From: Formosa sp. Hel1_33_131
GTDB lineage: Bacteria; Bacteroidota; Bacteroidia; Flavobacteriales; Flavobacteriaceae
Direction: 5' to 3'
NCBI RefSeq assembly: GCF_001735745.1
Contig: NZ_CP017260.1
Location: forward strand, 2,040,001-2,072,000
Length of the DNA stretch: 32,000 nt
The translations under genes were made by a program, and so were the position numbers. A model generated the notes under the pieces. It was not told the origin of the DNA. It was given only the letters and a program-made list of their open reading frames with translations, and searched no databases. Positions 15,256 through 25,202 of the stretch are shown in pieces. The number at the start of each line of letters is the position of its first letter. Position 1 is the first letter of the stretch.

Positions 15256-17490
15256 TTAGCTCTTTGTAAACTCAAAAACTTGACCACCGAGATCCAATTT
15301 AAACCCAGTTTTCTCAGCATTAAATTGAACTTTAATTCCAGCTTCACCCACAGAAAATTCACCATTACCTTCACTTTCTAAAGGTAAAGGTTCTTCGCCT
15401 TCAAGGTGTAATTCAAGGATTCCATTTGCTTCAACAGCAGTTACTTTCATCGGGAAACCTGGAGCCGTATAATCCCCTAAATAGTCCGTTAAAATCTCTA
15501 CACTAGCAGTGCCATCTGTGGATTTCCATTTGTTATTTTTTGTATTTGAATCTGGCAATGCAAAGTCGGGATCAATCACCACTCTTGACAACTCTTCTGT
15601 TGTATCTACTTTAAAGGACCAAGACACATTGCGTTTCCAAATCTCAACAGGCAGTGTTTTTCGGGTCACTGTTCCGCTTTTAGTTTTGATTTCAATAACC
15701 ACCGGCATCGGCATTTTCTCTAAATTTTCAATCGTAATGATCGCACCTTGCGTTGGGTCATTTTTAACATATTTAACCTCAGTCACCGCTTGATCTAATT
15801 TCCAGCTGTTAATGAACCAAGACCTCCAAAACCACCTTAAGTCTTCTCCTGATACATTTTCCATGGTTCTAAAGAAATCATCTGGCGTCGGGTGTTTGTA
15901 AGCCCAACGATCGATATAGGCCGTAAAGGCTTCATCAAAACGTTCAGGGCCTAGGATTTGCTCACGCAATAGTACCAGTCCTGTACCTGGCTTGTAGTAG
16001 GCCAAAATACCTAAGTTTCGTTCTTTTAAGTTATCTGGAGATGTGTAAATCGGTTCGAGTCTGTCATTCACAAACACACTAGACATACGGTGCATATTTG
16101 ATTTAGGCTCTTCATATTCTCCGTTATTAAATGCTGCGGTACTTAGAGAATTAATAAAGGTATTGAACCCTTCATCCATCCAAGCGTGTAAACGTTCGTT
16201 AGATCCGACAATCATTGGAAACCAAATGTGTCCAAATTCATGATCCGTCACACCCCATAAACGCTCTGTTTTTGATTCAAAATTACAAAATACAATTCCT
16301 GGGTATTCCATACCGCCTTCGTTTCCAGCAACGTTAATCGCTGCAGGGTAAGGATATTCAAGCCATTTCTCAGAGTAATGCTCAATAGAAGCTTTCGTGT
16401 ATTCTGTAGAACGTGTCCAAGCATCTTCTCCTACACTTTCTACAGGGTATGCAGACATGGCGATGGTTTTCTTTCCGCTCGGTAAGTTGATACGTGCAGC
16501 ATCTAAAATAAAAGAAGCAGAAGACGCCCAAGCGACATCTCTCGCATTTTCAATTCTAAACTTCCATGTGAGGGTCGCTGTATTGGATGGTCGTGAGCTT
16601 GGTTGCGTCACTTCCGATTCCGATCGAATCATCACAGTCGCATCGCTTGCTTCTGCTGTTTTTAATCTATTTTGCTGTTCAGCAGTATAGACTTCAGAAG
16701 GATTTAAAAGCGCTCCTGAACATACTACCAAGTGAGTTGCGGGTGCTGTAATGTTGACATCAAAAGTTCCGTATTCCAAATAGAACTCACCTGCACCTAA
16801 GTACGGAAGTGTGTTCCATCCACTCACATCGTCATAAACACTCATTCTAGGATACCATTGTGCCAAAGTGAAAATACGGCCATTTTTGGTTTCTAAAACA
16901 CCCATTCGATCCGATCCATAATCAGGAGACGTAAATGAGAAATCGATTTTGATTCCAACGGTTCCGCCATTCGCTTCTAAGGCAGTAGGAAGATTGACTT
17001 TCATACGTGTATCTACAATTGTGTAAGTAGTATTCACTTCTGTAGAACGCCGTCCTTTATTGTAAATAAGTTTGATGGTGTTGATGCCGTAACCCCCATC
17101 AAAATCTTGACCCTTGTCGCCATTTCGGCTTCCACGTAAGGGAACAATCGCCTTTCCACGAGAATCGAGTTTAAATAAATTTTGATCCAATTGCATCCAC
17201 AAAAAATCCAATGCATCTGGACTGTTGTTTGTGTAAGTAATGGTTTCCGACCCCGAAATTTCTTTCGTAGTTTCGTTTAAGTTCACGTCGATACTGTAAT
17301 CGGCGCTGTTTTGCCAATAGGCATGTCCTGGTTTTCCGCTCGCTGAACGCGTTGCAGTCCCATTTTTACTATAAAAATCATGCCCAAAAGCATCGTTATA
17401 GTTGTAGTTAGAAGGTTCTTTTTCTTGTGCTATCAGGGATGACGACAAGAGAAATAAACCACAAAGTAGAATAGAAAAATACTTGTTCAT
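15256..17490 (-). CDS. Secreted M1-family zinc metallopeptidase (aminopeptidase N-like)
   Basis: It has a signal peptide, a GGMEYPG exopeptidase-like motif, the HEFGHIWF zinc site, and a downstream WMDEGF glutamate. Confidence 0.9.
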   Translation of the reverse strand: MNKYFSILLCGLFLLSSSLIAQEKEPSNYNYNDAFGHDFYSKNGTATRSASGKPGHAYWQNSADYSIDVNLNETTKEISGSETITYTNNSPDALDFLWMQLDQNLFKLDSRGKAIVPLRGSRNGDKGQDFDGGYGINTIKLIYNKGRRSTEVNTTYTIVDTRMKVNLPTALEANGGTVGIKIDFSFTSPDYGSDRMGVLETKNGRIFTLAQWYPRMSVYDDVSGWNTLPYLGAGEFYLEYGTFDVNITAPATHLVVCSGALLNPSEVYTAEQQNRLKTAEASDATVMIRSESEVTQPSSRPSNTATLTWKFRIENARDVAWASSASFILDAARINLPSGKKTIAMSAYPVESVGEDAWTRSTEYTKASIEHYSEKWLEYPYPAAINVAGNEGGMEYPGIVFCNFESKTERLWGVTDHEFGHIWFPMIVGSNERLHAWMDEGFNTFINSLSTAAFNNGEYEEPKSNMHRMSSVFVNDRLEPIYTSPDNLKERNLGILAYYKPGTGLVLLREQILGPERFDEAFTAYIDRWAYKHPTPDDFFRTMENVSGEDLRWFWRSWFINSWKLDQAVTEVKYVKNDPTQGAIITIENLEKMPMPVVIEIKTKSGTVTRKTLPVEIWKRNVSWSFKVDTTEELSRVVIDPDFALPDSNTKNNKWKSTDGTASVEILTDYLGDYTAPGFPMKVTAVEANGILELHLEGEEPLPLESEGNGEFSVGEAGIKVQFNAEKTGFKLDLGGQVFEFTKS

Positions 17491-17575
17491 AGTAATAAAA
17501 TTTGTGTTATTAGATGGTGAATTTAATATAATTTATAAAATATTGATTAAAAATTTTGTTAAAAGCGATTGGATG

Positions 17576-18073
17576 TTAAAATACGACGGATCGATGCTCC
17601 CAAATTATAGAGATAAAAACACCTAAATAGATGATAGCCACCACGAATTTAATAAACGCAGAGGTTAAGAATCCTAACAAACTTCCAAAGGCAGCTTTCA
17701 AGGCGGTTCTGGAATCGGCTTTGTTTATCAATTCTCCAACGAAAGCACCTACAAAAGGTCCGATAATAATACCGCCAGGAATTGGAGCCAGCAAGCCAAT
17801 GATGAGTCCAAGGGTAGTACCAATCATTCCTGCTCTGGTGCCGCCAAATTTCTTCGTGCCGATGGCTGGAATGATGTAATCTAAAATCCAGATTAAAACA
17901 GCCACAATCAGCGTTATAATAAGCGTTACAACACTGACCTCAATTTCGGGCATTAAGTACAACACCAAAAGCCCGATCCAACTTGTAAAAGGCCCTGGTA
18001 AAACAGGCAAAAAGCTTCCAACGATTCCTAGAACCATTAAGGAGGCAGCGACTATAATTAAGAAAATATCCAT
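17576..18073 (-). CDS. DUF456 family membrane protein
   Basis: It is 165 aa with four or more hydrophobic segments. GSFLPVLPGPFTSWIG is typical of DUF456. Confidence 0.75.
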   Translation of the reverse strand: MDIFLIIVAASLMVLGIVGSFLPVLPGPFTSWIGLLVLYLMPEIEVSVVTLIITLIVAVLIWILDYIIPAIGTKKFGGTRAGMIGTTLGLIIGLLAPIPGGIIIGPFVGAFVGELINKADSRTALKAAFGSLLGFLTSAFIKFVVAIIYLGVFISIIWEHRSVVF

Positions 18074-18166
18074 ACGTTTTATTTATTAGACTCTAAGGGT
18101 GCTCCAATGTTACAAAATTTAACAGTTTGTTAAAAGAATTTAAAAGTCATTTTATACACAAATGAC

Positions 18167-18174
18167 TATTTTTG
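18167..18174 (+). promoter_or_regulatory. -7 box TATTTTTG for the thioesterase gene
   Basis: It matches TAnnTTTG and lies 17 nt upstream of the ATG at 18191. Confidence 0.55.
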
Positions 18175-18190
18175 CAGCAAATATTAAACT

Positions 18191-19075
18191 ATGGAATCCC
18201 TTAAGGAACTTATTGAGTTGTTAACGCTTGAAAAAATCAACAGCAACACCTATATCGGAAAAAATTATCAAGCGCCGTGGGGCCGTGTTTTTGGGGGTCA
18301 AGTGTTGGCACAATCTCTGCATGCCGCCTATCAAACCGTTCCTGAAGATCGCTATGCACATTCCATGCACGGCTATTTTATTTTGGGTGGAAACATTGAT
18401 ATTCCCATAAAATATGAAGTTGATATCATCAGAGATGGTGGCAGTTTCACCACCCGTCGTGTGGTTGCTTTTCAAAATGAAAAGGCAATCTTTAATATGT
18501 CTGCATCCTTTCAATTAAAACAAGAAGGAGTTGACCATCAAATTTCGATGCCCAATGTATTTCCTCCAGAAGAATTGATGGATAGCCATAAACAAATAGA
18601 ACAATTTAAGGAGGTCATTCCAGATACCTACAAGCGTTACAAGGCCTTTTTACCCAAAGTATTTGAATTTAAGCCCGTTGATAATATGCTTACCAAATTG
18701 GTTAAAAACAGTCCGCCTTATGACAATATCTGGTTCAAGACTTGTGAAGAACTCGCGACCAATATTCCGCTTCAACACCAGTTGTTGGCCTATGCTTCGG
18801 ACTATAATATTTTACGTCCTGCATCCATGCCGCATCGCGAATTTTTAAACTCTAAAGAAGTGTTTTATACCAGCTTAGATCATGCGTTGTGGTTCCACCG
18901 CGATTTTGATATCAGTGAATGGCTTTTGTACGCCATCGACAGTCCGAGTGCTTCTAATTCGAGAGGGTTTTCAAGAGGGAGTATTTTTGACTCCAAAGGA
19001 AATTTAATTGCCTCCGTTGCTCAAGAAGGCTTGATGCGGATCTTGGATCAAGGGTCGAAAGTTGGGACTATTTAA
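18191..19075 (+). CDS. Acyl-CoA thioesterase II (TesB-like, double hotdog fold)
   Basis: It is 294 aa. GRVFGGQVLAQSLHAA and the C-terminal repeat with ASDYNIL ... SLDHALWFH match the TesB family. Confidence 0.85.
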   Translation: MESLKELIELLTLEKINSNTYIGKNYQAPWGRVFGGQVLAQSLHAAYQTVPEDRYAHSMHGYFILGGNIDIPIKYEVDIIRDGGSFTTRRVVAFQNEKAIFNMSASFQLKQEGVDHQISMPNVFPPEELMDSHKQIEQFKEVIPDTYKRYKAFLPKVFEFKPVDNMLTKLVKNSPPYDNIWFKTCEELATNIPLQHQLLAYASDYNILRPASMPHREFLNSKEVFYTSLDHALWFHRDFDISEWLLYAIDSPSASNSRGFSRGSIFDSKGNLIASVAQEGLMRILDQGSKVGTI

Positions 19076-19141
19076 TTTAAATACTTTACTTTTTTGTCTT
19101 TAGAAGGATATTTCTATTTGGGTTTTTTAATAGATTTTTTG

Positions 19142-19149
19142 TAACTTTG
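19142..19149 (+). promoter_or_regulatory. Consensus promoter (TTTG, 21-nt spacer, TAACTTTG) in the tesB/TerB intergenic region
   Basis: The -33 TTTG is at 19117-19120 and the -7 TAACTTTG is at 19142-19149. Confidence 0.45.
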
Positions 19150-19164
19150 GGTATAAAATTTAGA

Positions 19165-19290
19165 ATGATGACTACAATTTTAGTAAAAATTTCTATTGAA
19201 GATTTAAAGCCTCAAGAACTCGAGGCCTGGCATCAACATAAACAAGAGGGATATGCTGACTTTGTAGATTTAAAAGAATTGTATATTTAA
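19165..19290 (+). CDS. Candidate 41-aa small protein (MMTTILVKISIEDLKPQELEAWHQHKQEGYADFVDLKELYI)
   Basis: The ATG is 16 nt after the -7 box. The ORF fills an otherwise empty 211-bp gap, and its stop overlaps the convergent TerB-like stop by 4 nt. I could not assess homology. Confidence 0.3.
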   Translation: MMTTILVKISIEDLKPQELEAWHQHKQEGYADFVDLKELYI

Positions 19291-19715
19291 AAAACTCGCT
19301 TCATTTCTTTTTGAAACGTCTCAAAGTCGACCTTGTCAGCTATCAATTTTAAGGAAGTATTGACGACTTCTGAAACCGTCTCCGTCTGAAATCCCAGTCC
19401 AATGGCTATTTTGCGAAGCATCGTCACTTCGTGCGCATCTTTGATGTCATCGGCATACACCATCCGTGCCAAATCATACAAGCGCTCAATGCGTGACGCT
19501 TGCGATATTGGGGGATTGATGGGGTGCAATTTGTAATTTTTAAAAATGCTTAAATAGGTTTCTTTTGAGATACCTAAGTTGTGAGCAAGGCGGTCTAAAA
19601 AATCTTTTTCTTCTTGGCTTATGATGTTGTCACTAAAAGCGACTCTCACAATGGAAGCAAAATGATCTTGATTTCGAGTGGTGAAACCACTATTAAATAG
19701 GTCTGAAAAGGACAT
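19287..19715 (-). CDS. TerB-like (tellurite-resistance TerB family) protein
   Basis: It is 142 aa with two repeated helical modules (EEKDFLDRLAHNLGIS ... HEVTMLRKIAIGLGF), as in flavobacterial TerB-family proteins. Recognition is from memory. Confidence 0.65.
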   Translation of the reverse strand: MSFSDLFNSGFTTRNQDHFASIVRVAFSDNIISQEEKDFLDRLAHNLGISKETYLSIFKNYKLHPINPPISQASRIERLYDLARMVYADDIKDAHEVTMLRKIAIGLGFQTETVSEVVNTSLKLIADKVDFETFQKEMKRVF

Positions 19716-19737
19716 AGGTTATATAAATTTAGGTACA

Positions 19738-19745
19738 CAAACTTA
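19738..19745 (-). promoter_or_regulatory. -7 box TAAGTTTG for the TerB-like gene
   Basis: The minus strand reads TAAGTTTG, 22 nt upstream of the ATG at 19715. Confidence 0.5.
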
Positions 19746-19823
19746 CATGTTTTTTTTGAATTTTAGTTTGATTTTTTAAAAGGATTAACTCTTAATAAAA
19801 ATCAAATTCAAAGACTATTATTA

Positions 19824-19831
19824 TATCTTTG
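19824..19831 (+). promoter_or_regulatory. -7 box TATCTTTG for mfd
   Basis: It matches TAnnTTTG. The predicted TTG start at 19846 is only 14 nt downstream, which implies a very short leader. Confidence 0.5.
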
Positions 19832-19845
19832 CAAAAATTTTCTAA

Positions 19846-22800
19846 TTGAGTAAAACCATTCTTTCTCAAAAGTTTGAACAGTCTTTGATTCATCAAAATC
19901 TGAGCACTGCCATATCCAAGTCCAAAGAAAAAACACATTTAAAAGGCGCTTTAGGCTCTTCGTTGTCCTTCACAATAGCCAGTGTGTTTAAAACCGCCAA
20001 GCACCCCTTTTTGTTAATTTTTGATACCAAGGAAGAAGCGGCCTATTACTTGAACGATTTGGAGGTGTTACTCGATGACAAAGAAGTCTTGTTCTATCCA
20101 GGAAGCTATCGCAGACCCTATCAAATTGAGGAGACAGACAACGCCAATGTGTTGTTGCGCGCTGAGGTATTGAACCGTATCAATTCTCAAAAAAAACCAG
20201 CACTCATTGTTACCTATCCCGAAGCGCTTTTTGAAAAAGTGTTGTCCAGAAAAGAACTTGAAAAATCAACGTTTAAGGTAGCGGTGGGTGAAGAATTGAG
20301 TTTAGATTTTTTCAACGAAGTCCTTTTTGAATACCAGTTTAAACGCGTTGATTTTGTCACGGAGCCAGGCGAATTCTCTGTGCGGGGTGGGATTGTAGAT
20401 GTGTTTTCATTTTCGCATGACGAGCCCTACCGAATTGAATTTTTCGGCGACGAAGTGGACAGTGTTCGAACGTTTGATATTGAATCGCAACTCTCGATAA
20501 AACCAATTAAAAAACTTCAAATCATTCCCAATATCGAGCATAAATTGCTCAATGAAACACGCCAAGGGTTTTTAGAATATATTGCTTCAAATACGGTGGT
20601 GTTTACTAAAAATATTCCTGCATTTTTAGCAGCAACAGATACGCTTCAAGAAAAAGCTTCCGAGGCGTATAATGAATTGTCGGCGACCCTTAAGCACAGC
20701 CGACCGGAAGATTTGTTTTGCACGTCTGCTAATTTCAAATCGCAGTTGTTGGATTTCTCGGTGGTTGAATTTGGAACGACCGCTGTTTTAGCAACTAAAA
20801 AGGAACAGCAATTGGAGGTTCAAGTCAGTCCTCAACCCTCATTTAATAAACAGTTTAATCTGATTATTGAAGATTTAAATACCCATCACGATATGGGGTA
20901 TCAAAATTATATTTGTTGTTCCAATGCCCAACAAGCCCAGCGGTTTTATGATATTTTTGAAACCGTAGATGAAGATGTGCAGTGTCAAACCATTGTGTTG
21001 TCTTTGTACCAAGGATTTATCGATCACGATAAAAAAATGGTCTGTTATACCGATCATCAGATTTTTGAACGTTACCATAAATTTCACCTCAAAAACGGGT
21101 TTTCCAAAAAGCAATCCATTACTCTTCAAGAATTAACCAAACTCGAAATCGGGGATTACATCACCCATATTGACCATGGGATTGGAAAGTTTGGAGGCTT
21201 GCAAAAAATTGATGTAGAAGGCAAAAAACAAGAAGCCATCAAACTGTTTTATGGCGAACGTGACATCTTATATTTAAGCATTCACGCCCTTCATAAAATC
21301 ACAAAATTTAATGGGAAAGACGGAAAGTCTCCTAAAATTTATAAGCTAGGTAGTAAGGCCTGGAAAGTATTGAAGCAAAAAACCAAATCAAGGGTTAAAG
21401 AAATTGCTTTCAATCTGATAAAACTCTATGCCAAGCGCAAGTTAGAAACGGGTTTTAGATACAACCCAGATACTTCGATGCAGCTTGAATTGGAAGCCTC
21501 TTTTGTGTTTGAGGATACGCCCGATCAAATTACTGCCACAGCCGATATCAAAGCGGATATGGAAAGCGAACGCCCTATGGACCGTTTGATTTGTGGCGAT
21601 GTAGGGTTTGGAAAAACCGAAGTTGCTCTGAGAGCCGCTTTTAAAGCTGTTGACAATGGAAAACAAGTTGCCATTTTGGTGCCGACCACCATTCTGGCGT
21701 TTCAGCATGCCAAAACCTTTAAGGCACGTTTGAAAGATTTTCCTGTCAGAGTTGATTATATCAACCGTTTCAAAACCACCAAACAACGCAAAGAGACCTT
21801 AGAACAGTTAGAATCTGGGAGTTTGGACATCATTATTGGCACGCATCAATTGGTCAATAAATCCGTGAAATTTAAAGATTTAGGGTTGTTAATTGTCGAT
21901 GAGGAGCAAAAATTTGGAGTGGCAGTCAAAGAAAAACTCAAAACCCTTAAAGACAATGTAGATGTGCTCACGCTCACTGCGACCCCAATTCCTCGAACGC
22001 TTCAATTTAGTTTGATGGCAGCACGGGATTTATCGGTTATTACAACGCCACCACCCAACCGTTTTCCGATTGACAGTATTGTTATTCGTTTGAATGAAGA
22101 AGTTATTCGGGATGCGATTCAATATGAAATTCAACGGGCGGGACAAGTTTATTTTATTCACAACCGTATTGAGAACATTAAAGAAGTCGCTGGGCTTTTA
22201 CAACGTCTGGTGCCCGATGCCAAAATCCGTGTGGGGCATGGTCAAATGGAAGGGCGGAAGTTGGAACAACTCATGCTCGATTTTATGAGTGGAGAGTTTG
22301 ATGTTTTGGTCAGTACCACCATTGTCGAAAGTGGTTTGGATGTACCCAATGCCAATACGATTTTCATTAACAATGCCAATAATTTTGGACTGAGTGATTT
22401 ACACCAAATGCGGGGCCGTGTCGGTCGAAGTAACAAGAAAGCGTTTTGTTATTTTATTACACCCGATTTTCATGCCATGACGGATGAGGCGCGCAAACGT
22501 ATTTCAGCTCTTGAGCAATACACTGCTCTTGGAAGTGGATTTAATATTGCCATGAAAGATTTGGAAATTCGAGGCGCTGGCGATTTGTTGGGAGGCGAGC
22601 AAAGTGGATTTATCAATGATATTGGATTTGAAACCTATCAAAAAATACTGAATGAAGCCATTGAAGAACTCAAAGAAACCGAGTTCAAGTCGCTTTATAA
22701 TGAAGATATAAACACCAAGGAATTTGTAAGAGATGTCACTATTGACACCGACTTTTCTTTGTTATTTCCAGATGATTACATCAACAATATTACCGAGCGT

Positions 22801-23190
22801 TTAAGTTTGTACACCCAACTAAATACCTTGAAAAACGAAGCTGATTTACAACTCTTTGAACGGGATTTAATCGATCGATTTGGCGCACTTCCAACGCAGG
22901 TAGTAGACCTTTTAGACAGTGTGCGTATCAAGTGGTTGGCAACGACTTTAGGCTTCGAGAAAATTGTCATGAAAAACCACAAATTAGTGGGCTATTTTAT
23001 CAGTGATCAAGAAAGTCGTTTTTACCAAAGCATTCATTTTTCAAAAGTATTGCAATACGTTCAAGCACATCCAGAAACCTGTACTGTGAAAGAAAAACAA
23101 ATGCGTCTCGGGCTGCGTTTGTTGATGAGTTTTTCTAAGATCAATTCGGTGCAACAAGGGCTAGAAGCCTTAAAACCAATCTTGACATAA
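19846..23190 (+). CDS. mfd: Transcription-repair coupling factor
   Basis: It is 1114 aa with a UvrB-homology N-terminal region, an RNAP-interacting domain, helicase motifs GDVGFGKTEV and DEEQKFG, and a TRG region. The apparent start is TTG, with no nearby in-frame ATG. Confidence 0.93.
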   Translation: MSKTILSQKFEQSLIHQNLSTAISKSKEKTHLKGALGSSLSFTIASVFKTAKHPFLLIFDTKEEAAYYLNDLEVLLDDKEVLFYPGSYRRPYQIEETDNANVLLRAEVLNRINSQKKPALIVTYPEALFEKVLSRKELEKSTFKVAVGEELSLDFFNEVLFEYQFKRVDFVTEPGEFSVRGGIVDVFSFSHDEPYRIEFFGDEVDSVRTFDIESQLSIKPIKKLQIIPNIEHKLLNETRQGFLEYIASNTVVFTKNIPAFLAATDTLQEKASEAYNELSATLKHSRPEDLFCTSANFKSQLLDFSVVEFGTTAVLATKKEQQLEVQVSPQPSFNKQFNLIIEDLNTHHDMGYQNYICCSNAQQAQRFYDIFETVDEDVQCQTIVLSLYQGFIDHDKKMVCYTDHQIFERYHKFHLKNGFSKKQSITLQELTKLEIGDYITHIDHGIGKFGGLQKIDVEGKKQEAIKLFYGERDILYLSIHALHKITKFNGKDGKSPKIYKLGSKAWKVLKQKTKSRVKEIAFNLIKLYAKRKLETGFRYNPDTSMQLELEASFVFEDTPDQITATADIKADMESERPMDRLICGDVGFGKTEVALRAAFKAVDNGKQVAILVPTTILAFQHAKTFKARLKDFPVRVDYINRFKTTKQRKETLEQLESGSLDIIIGTHQLVNKSVKFKDLGLLIVDEEQKFGVAVKEKLKTLKDNVDVLTLTATPIPRTLQFSLMAARDLSVITTPPPNRFPIDSIVIRLNEEVIRDAIQYEIQRAGQVYFIHNRIENIKEVAGLLQRLVPDAKIRVGHGQMEGRKLEQLMLDFMSGEFDVLVSTTIVESGLDVPNANTIFINNANNFGLSDLHQMRGRVGRSNKKAFCYFITPDFHAMTDEARKRISALEQYTALGSGFNIAMKDLEIRGAGDLLGGEQSGFINDIGFETYQKILNEAIEELKETEFKSLYNEDINTKEFVRDVTIDTDFSLLFPDDYINNITERLSLYTQLNTLKNEADLQLFERDLIDRFGALPTQVVDLLDSVRIKWLATTLGFEKIVMKNHKLVGYFISDQESRFYQSIHFSKVLQYVQAHPETCTVKEKQMRLGLRLLMSFSKINSVQQGLEALKPILT

Positions 23191-23215
23191 CACTTGGTTT
23201 TTGTCGGAAGATGAT

Positions 23216-23223
23216 TATATTTG
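23216..23223 (+). promoter_or_regulatory. -7 box TATATTTG for the TlpA-like gene
   Basis: It matches TAnnTTTG. A TTG at 23194-23196 gives a 19-bp spacer. The ATG is 22 nt downstream. Confidence 0.5.
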
Positions 23224-23244
23224 AGCTTATAAATAGTAAGCCCT

Positions 23245-24570
23245 ATGTTTAAATACCTTCTTTATTTCAGTCTTATCAGTCCTTTTTTAGGGATGGCACA
23301 ACAACAGGTCAAAGGCGTTTTTTCGCCTGCCAGTAAATTCAAAGCGACCATGTTGTATCAGCTTTCGGCGGGCAATGCGACCTATGTGAGTTATGGCAGC
23401 GTGAACGCACAAGGCGAAATGCAAATTGACCTTGGCGCATCTGTTCCTGCGGGGCTTTATAAGTTGGTCTATGCCCTCCCACAATCCGAACATAATTTTG
23501 AGTTTATATACAACGGAACCGAAGCGGTTGAATTTAATTTTGATAACGAAACAGGAGTTGTATTTACCAATTCCAAAGAAAATCAGCTACTGCAAGGCTA
23601 TACTCAATCAATGGCTTTTGCTCATAACGAATTAATGCAACTGTACGCACAACCGACCATGGATGCTTTGATTTATAAACACCGCGTTCAAAAAATAGAC
23701 AGCCTTCAAAATTCGTACGAAGCGCTGTCCAAAGGAACGATCGCTGCACATTTTATAGCCGCCAGCAAGCCCTATATTCCTAACACGGTAGAAACAGCAA
23801 ACACCTATATTTCAAATGTGAAAGCGAATTATTTTAAAGCCATTGATTTTCAAGATACCATCCTCCAAAGTTCTAATTTTATAGTCGATAAATCACTGGA
23901 TTATATACTCCGAATGCATCTTTCTGGAACACCTTCATTTCAGGGATATCAAGCCAATATTGATGCGGTTTTTAAGGACTTAGGAACAACCGATGTGTCC
24001 TACCAATTGACAACCCTAAATACTTTGAGAGAAGCTCTCATCACGGCGGGACACGATGCTTTGGCAGTGTATCTCACCAAAATTTATGTGCTGCCTTTGG
24101 CGAAACAAGCAAATGACACGGAATTGATTACGTCTTTAGAAACGTTTATACAGATTGCGATAGGGGAGAAAGCACCTGATTTTATAATAGAAAATCCTTC
24201 GGTCATGTCAAAAACGACTCTTTATGACATAGAGGGTGCAACGACTTATCTGTTGATTTTTTGGAGTAGCGATTGTCCCCATTGTTTAAACGAACTTCCC
24301 GAAGTCCATGCGTATATTTCCAATCACCCTGAAAAAAACATCGAAGTGGTTGCCATTGGGATCGAGGCAGGTCCGAAACAATGGACAGAAACCATCCAGC
24401 CTTGGTCGAAATTCACACACAGTATTGCCGAAGGAAAATGGGCGCATGCCATCACAAAAAGCTATGACATTCAGGCAACTCCAACCTATTTTGTGTTGGA
24501 TGCTTCTAAAGTCATTACAGCGAAGCCCTATTTATTGAAAGATTTGAAAGCAGTGTTGGATCAAAAGTGA
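23245..24570 (+). CDS. Secreted thioredoxin-fold protein (TlpA/redoxin-like C-terminal domain)
   Basis: It has a signal peptide. The C-terminal domain carries WSSDCPHC (a CxxC motif) in a TlpA-like context. The ~300-aa N-terminal region has unknown function. Confidence 0.8.
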   Translation: MFKYLLYFSLISPFLGMAQQQVKGVFSPASKFKATMLYQLSAGNATYVSYGSVNAQGEMQIDLGASVPAGLYKLVYALPQSEHNFEFIYNGTEAVEFNFDNETGVVFTNSKENQLLQGYTQSMAFAHNELMQLYAQPTMDALIYKHRVQKIDSLQNSYEALSKGTIAAHFIAASKPYIPNTVETANTYISNVKANYFKAIDFQDTILQSSNFIVDKSLDYILRMHLSGTPSFQGYQANIDAVFKDLGTTDVSYQLTTLNTLREALITAGHDALAVYLTKIYVLPLAKQANDTELITSLETFIQIAIGEKAPDFIIENPSVMSKTTLYDIEGATTYLLIFWSSDCPHCLNELPEVHAYISNHPEKNIEVVAIGIEAGPKQWTETIQPWSKFTHSIAEGKWAHAITKSYDIQATPTYFVLDASKVITAKPYLLKDLKAVLDQK

Positions 24571-24920
24571 TAAAATGCATTTTCAATATGCTCCAATTCA
24601 GAACCTTGATCTGTGAGTACAATCGCGATGATATCAAAACGCACTTCAACTTCTAAATCTCTGGACGTCACAAAATAATCCACTGTTTTGATAATGCGTT
24701 GTATTTGTGCAGGTTTCAGAAATTCTTCGGGCGCTCCAAAGTCGGAAGTACTCCGGGTTTTGACTTCTACCGCTGCCAAACAGTTGTCTTTTTGTGCCAA
24801 AATATCCACCTCGCCTTTTAGATAGCGAAAGTTTTGCGCTAAAATCCGATAGCCTTTAGAGATCAGATACTCCACCGCCATGCCTTCTCCAGAAATACCA
24901 CGATTGTAAGAATCAGACAT
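24561..24920 (-). CDS. yraN: YraN family (UPF0102) endonuclease-like protein
   Basis: It is 119 aa. GEGMAVEYLISKGYRILAQNFR...GEVDILA...VEVKTR is the YraN signature. Confidence 0.88.
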   Translation of the reverse strand: MSDSYNRGISGEGMAVEYLISKGYRILAQNFRYLKGEVDILAQKDNCLAAVEVKTRSTSDFGAPEEFLKPAQIQRIIKTVDYFVTSRDLEVEVRFDIIAIVLTDQGSELEHIENAFYHF

Positions 24921-25074
24921 TGTTATTTTTTTAGAAAATCATAGTCGCGTTCTACTTTGGCAATACGCACTTTGTACTGGCTATACCATGTTTTTTGTCC
25001 TTTAATCTGTGCTTTTTGATGGTCCAAATTGTCTTTCCAGTGTTTGATGGATTCTACATCGCGCCAATAGGATA
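24873..25074. repeat. 202-bp direct repeat, left copy (yraN codons 1-16, 2-bp spacer, last ~50 codons of the ABM gene)
   Basis: It reads identical to 26800-27001 (offset 1927) in my base-by-base comparison. The boundaries are set by the first mismatches on each side. Confidence 0.9.
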
Positions 25075-25168
25075 GTGTCCACCTCTTTTTTAAGGGCTTT
25101 CTCTCTTTTTTTGAGTATGCCAACCTTAAATTTGGTACAGATTCAATATGTGATTTTAGACAACTCAA
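24923..25168 (-). pseudogene. Chimeric ORF made of insert-derived N-terminus and a duplicated ABM-gene 3' end
   Basis: The C-terminal 49 aa (SYWRDVESIKHWKDN...DYDFLKK) are identical to the end of the intact ABM protein at 26850-27173. The N-terminal 32 aa are unrelated sequence and are encoded almost entirely by the insert. Confidence 0.75.
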
Positions 25169-25202
25169 TTAATATTTTTTCATCTTTTTAAGAATTATTA
25201 AA

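Noticed and set aside
15509-23749. Antisense or off-frame ORFs inside the M1 peptidase, DUF456, thioesterase, mfd and TlpA-like genes (for example 15509-15793, 16397-16690, 17631-17879, 18221-18514, 20875-21129, 21442-21786, 23287-23493).
   Set aside because: All are nested in well-supported genes, lack recognisable motifs, and have the composition expected of the opposite strand of a coding region.
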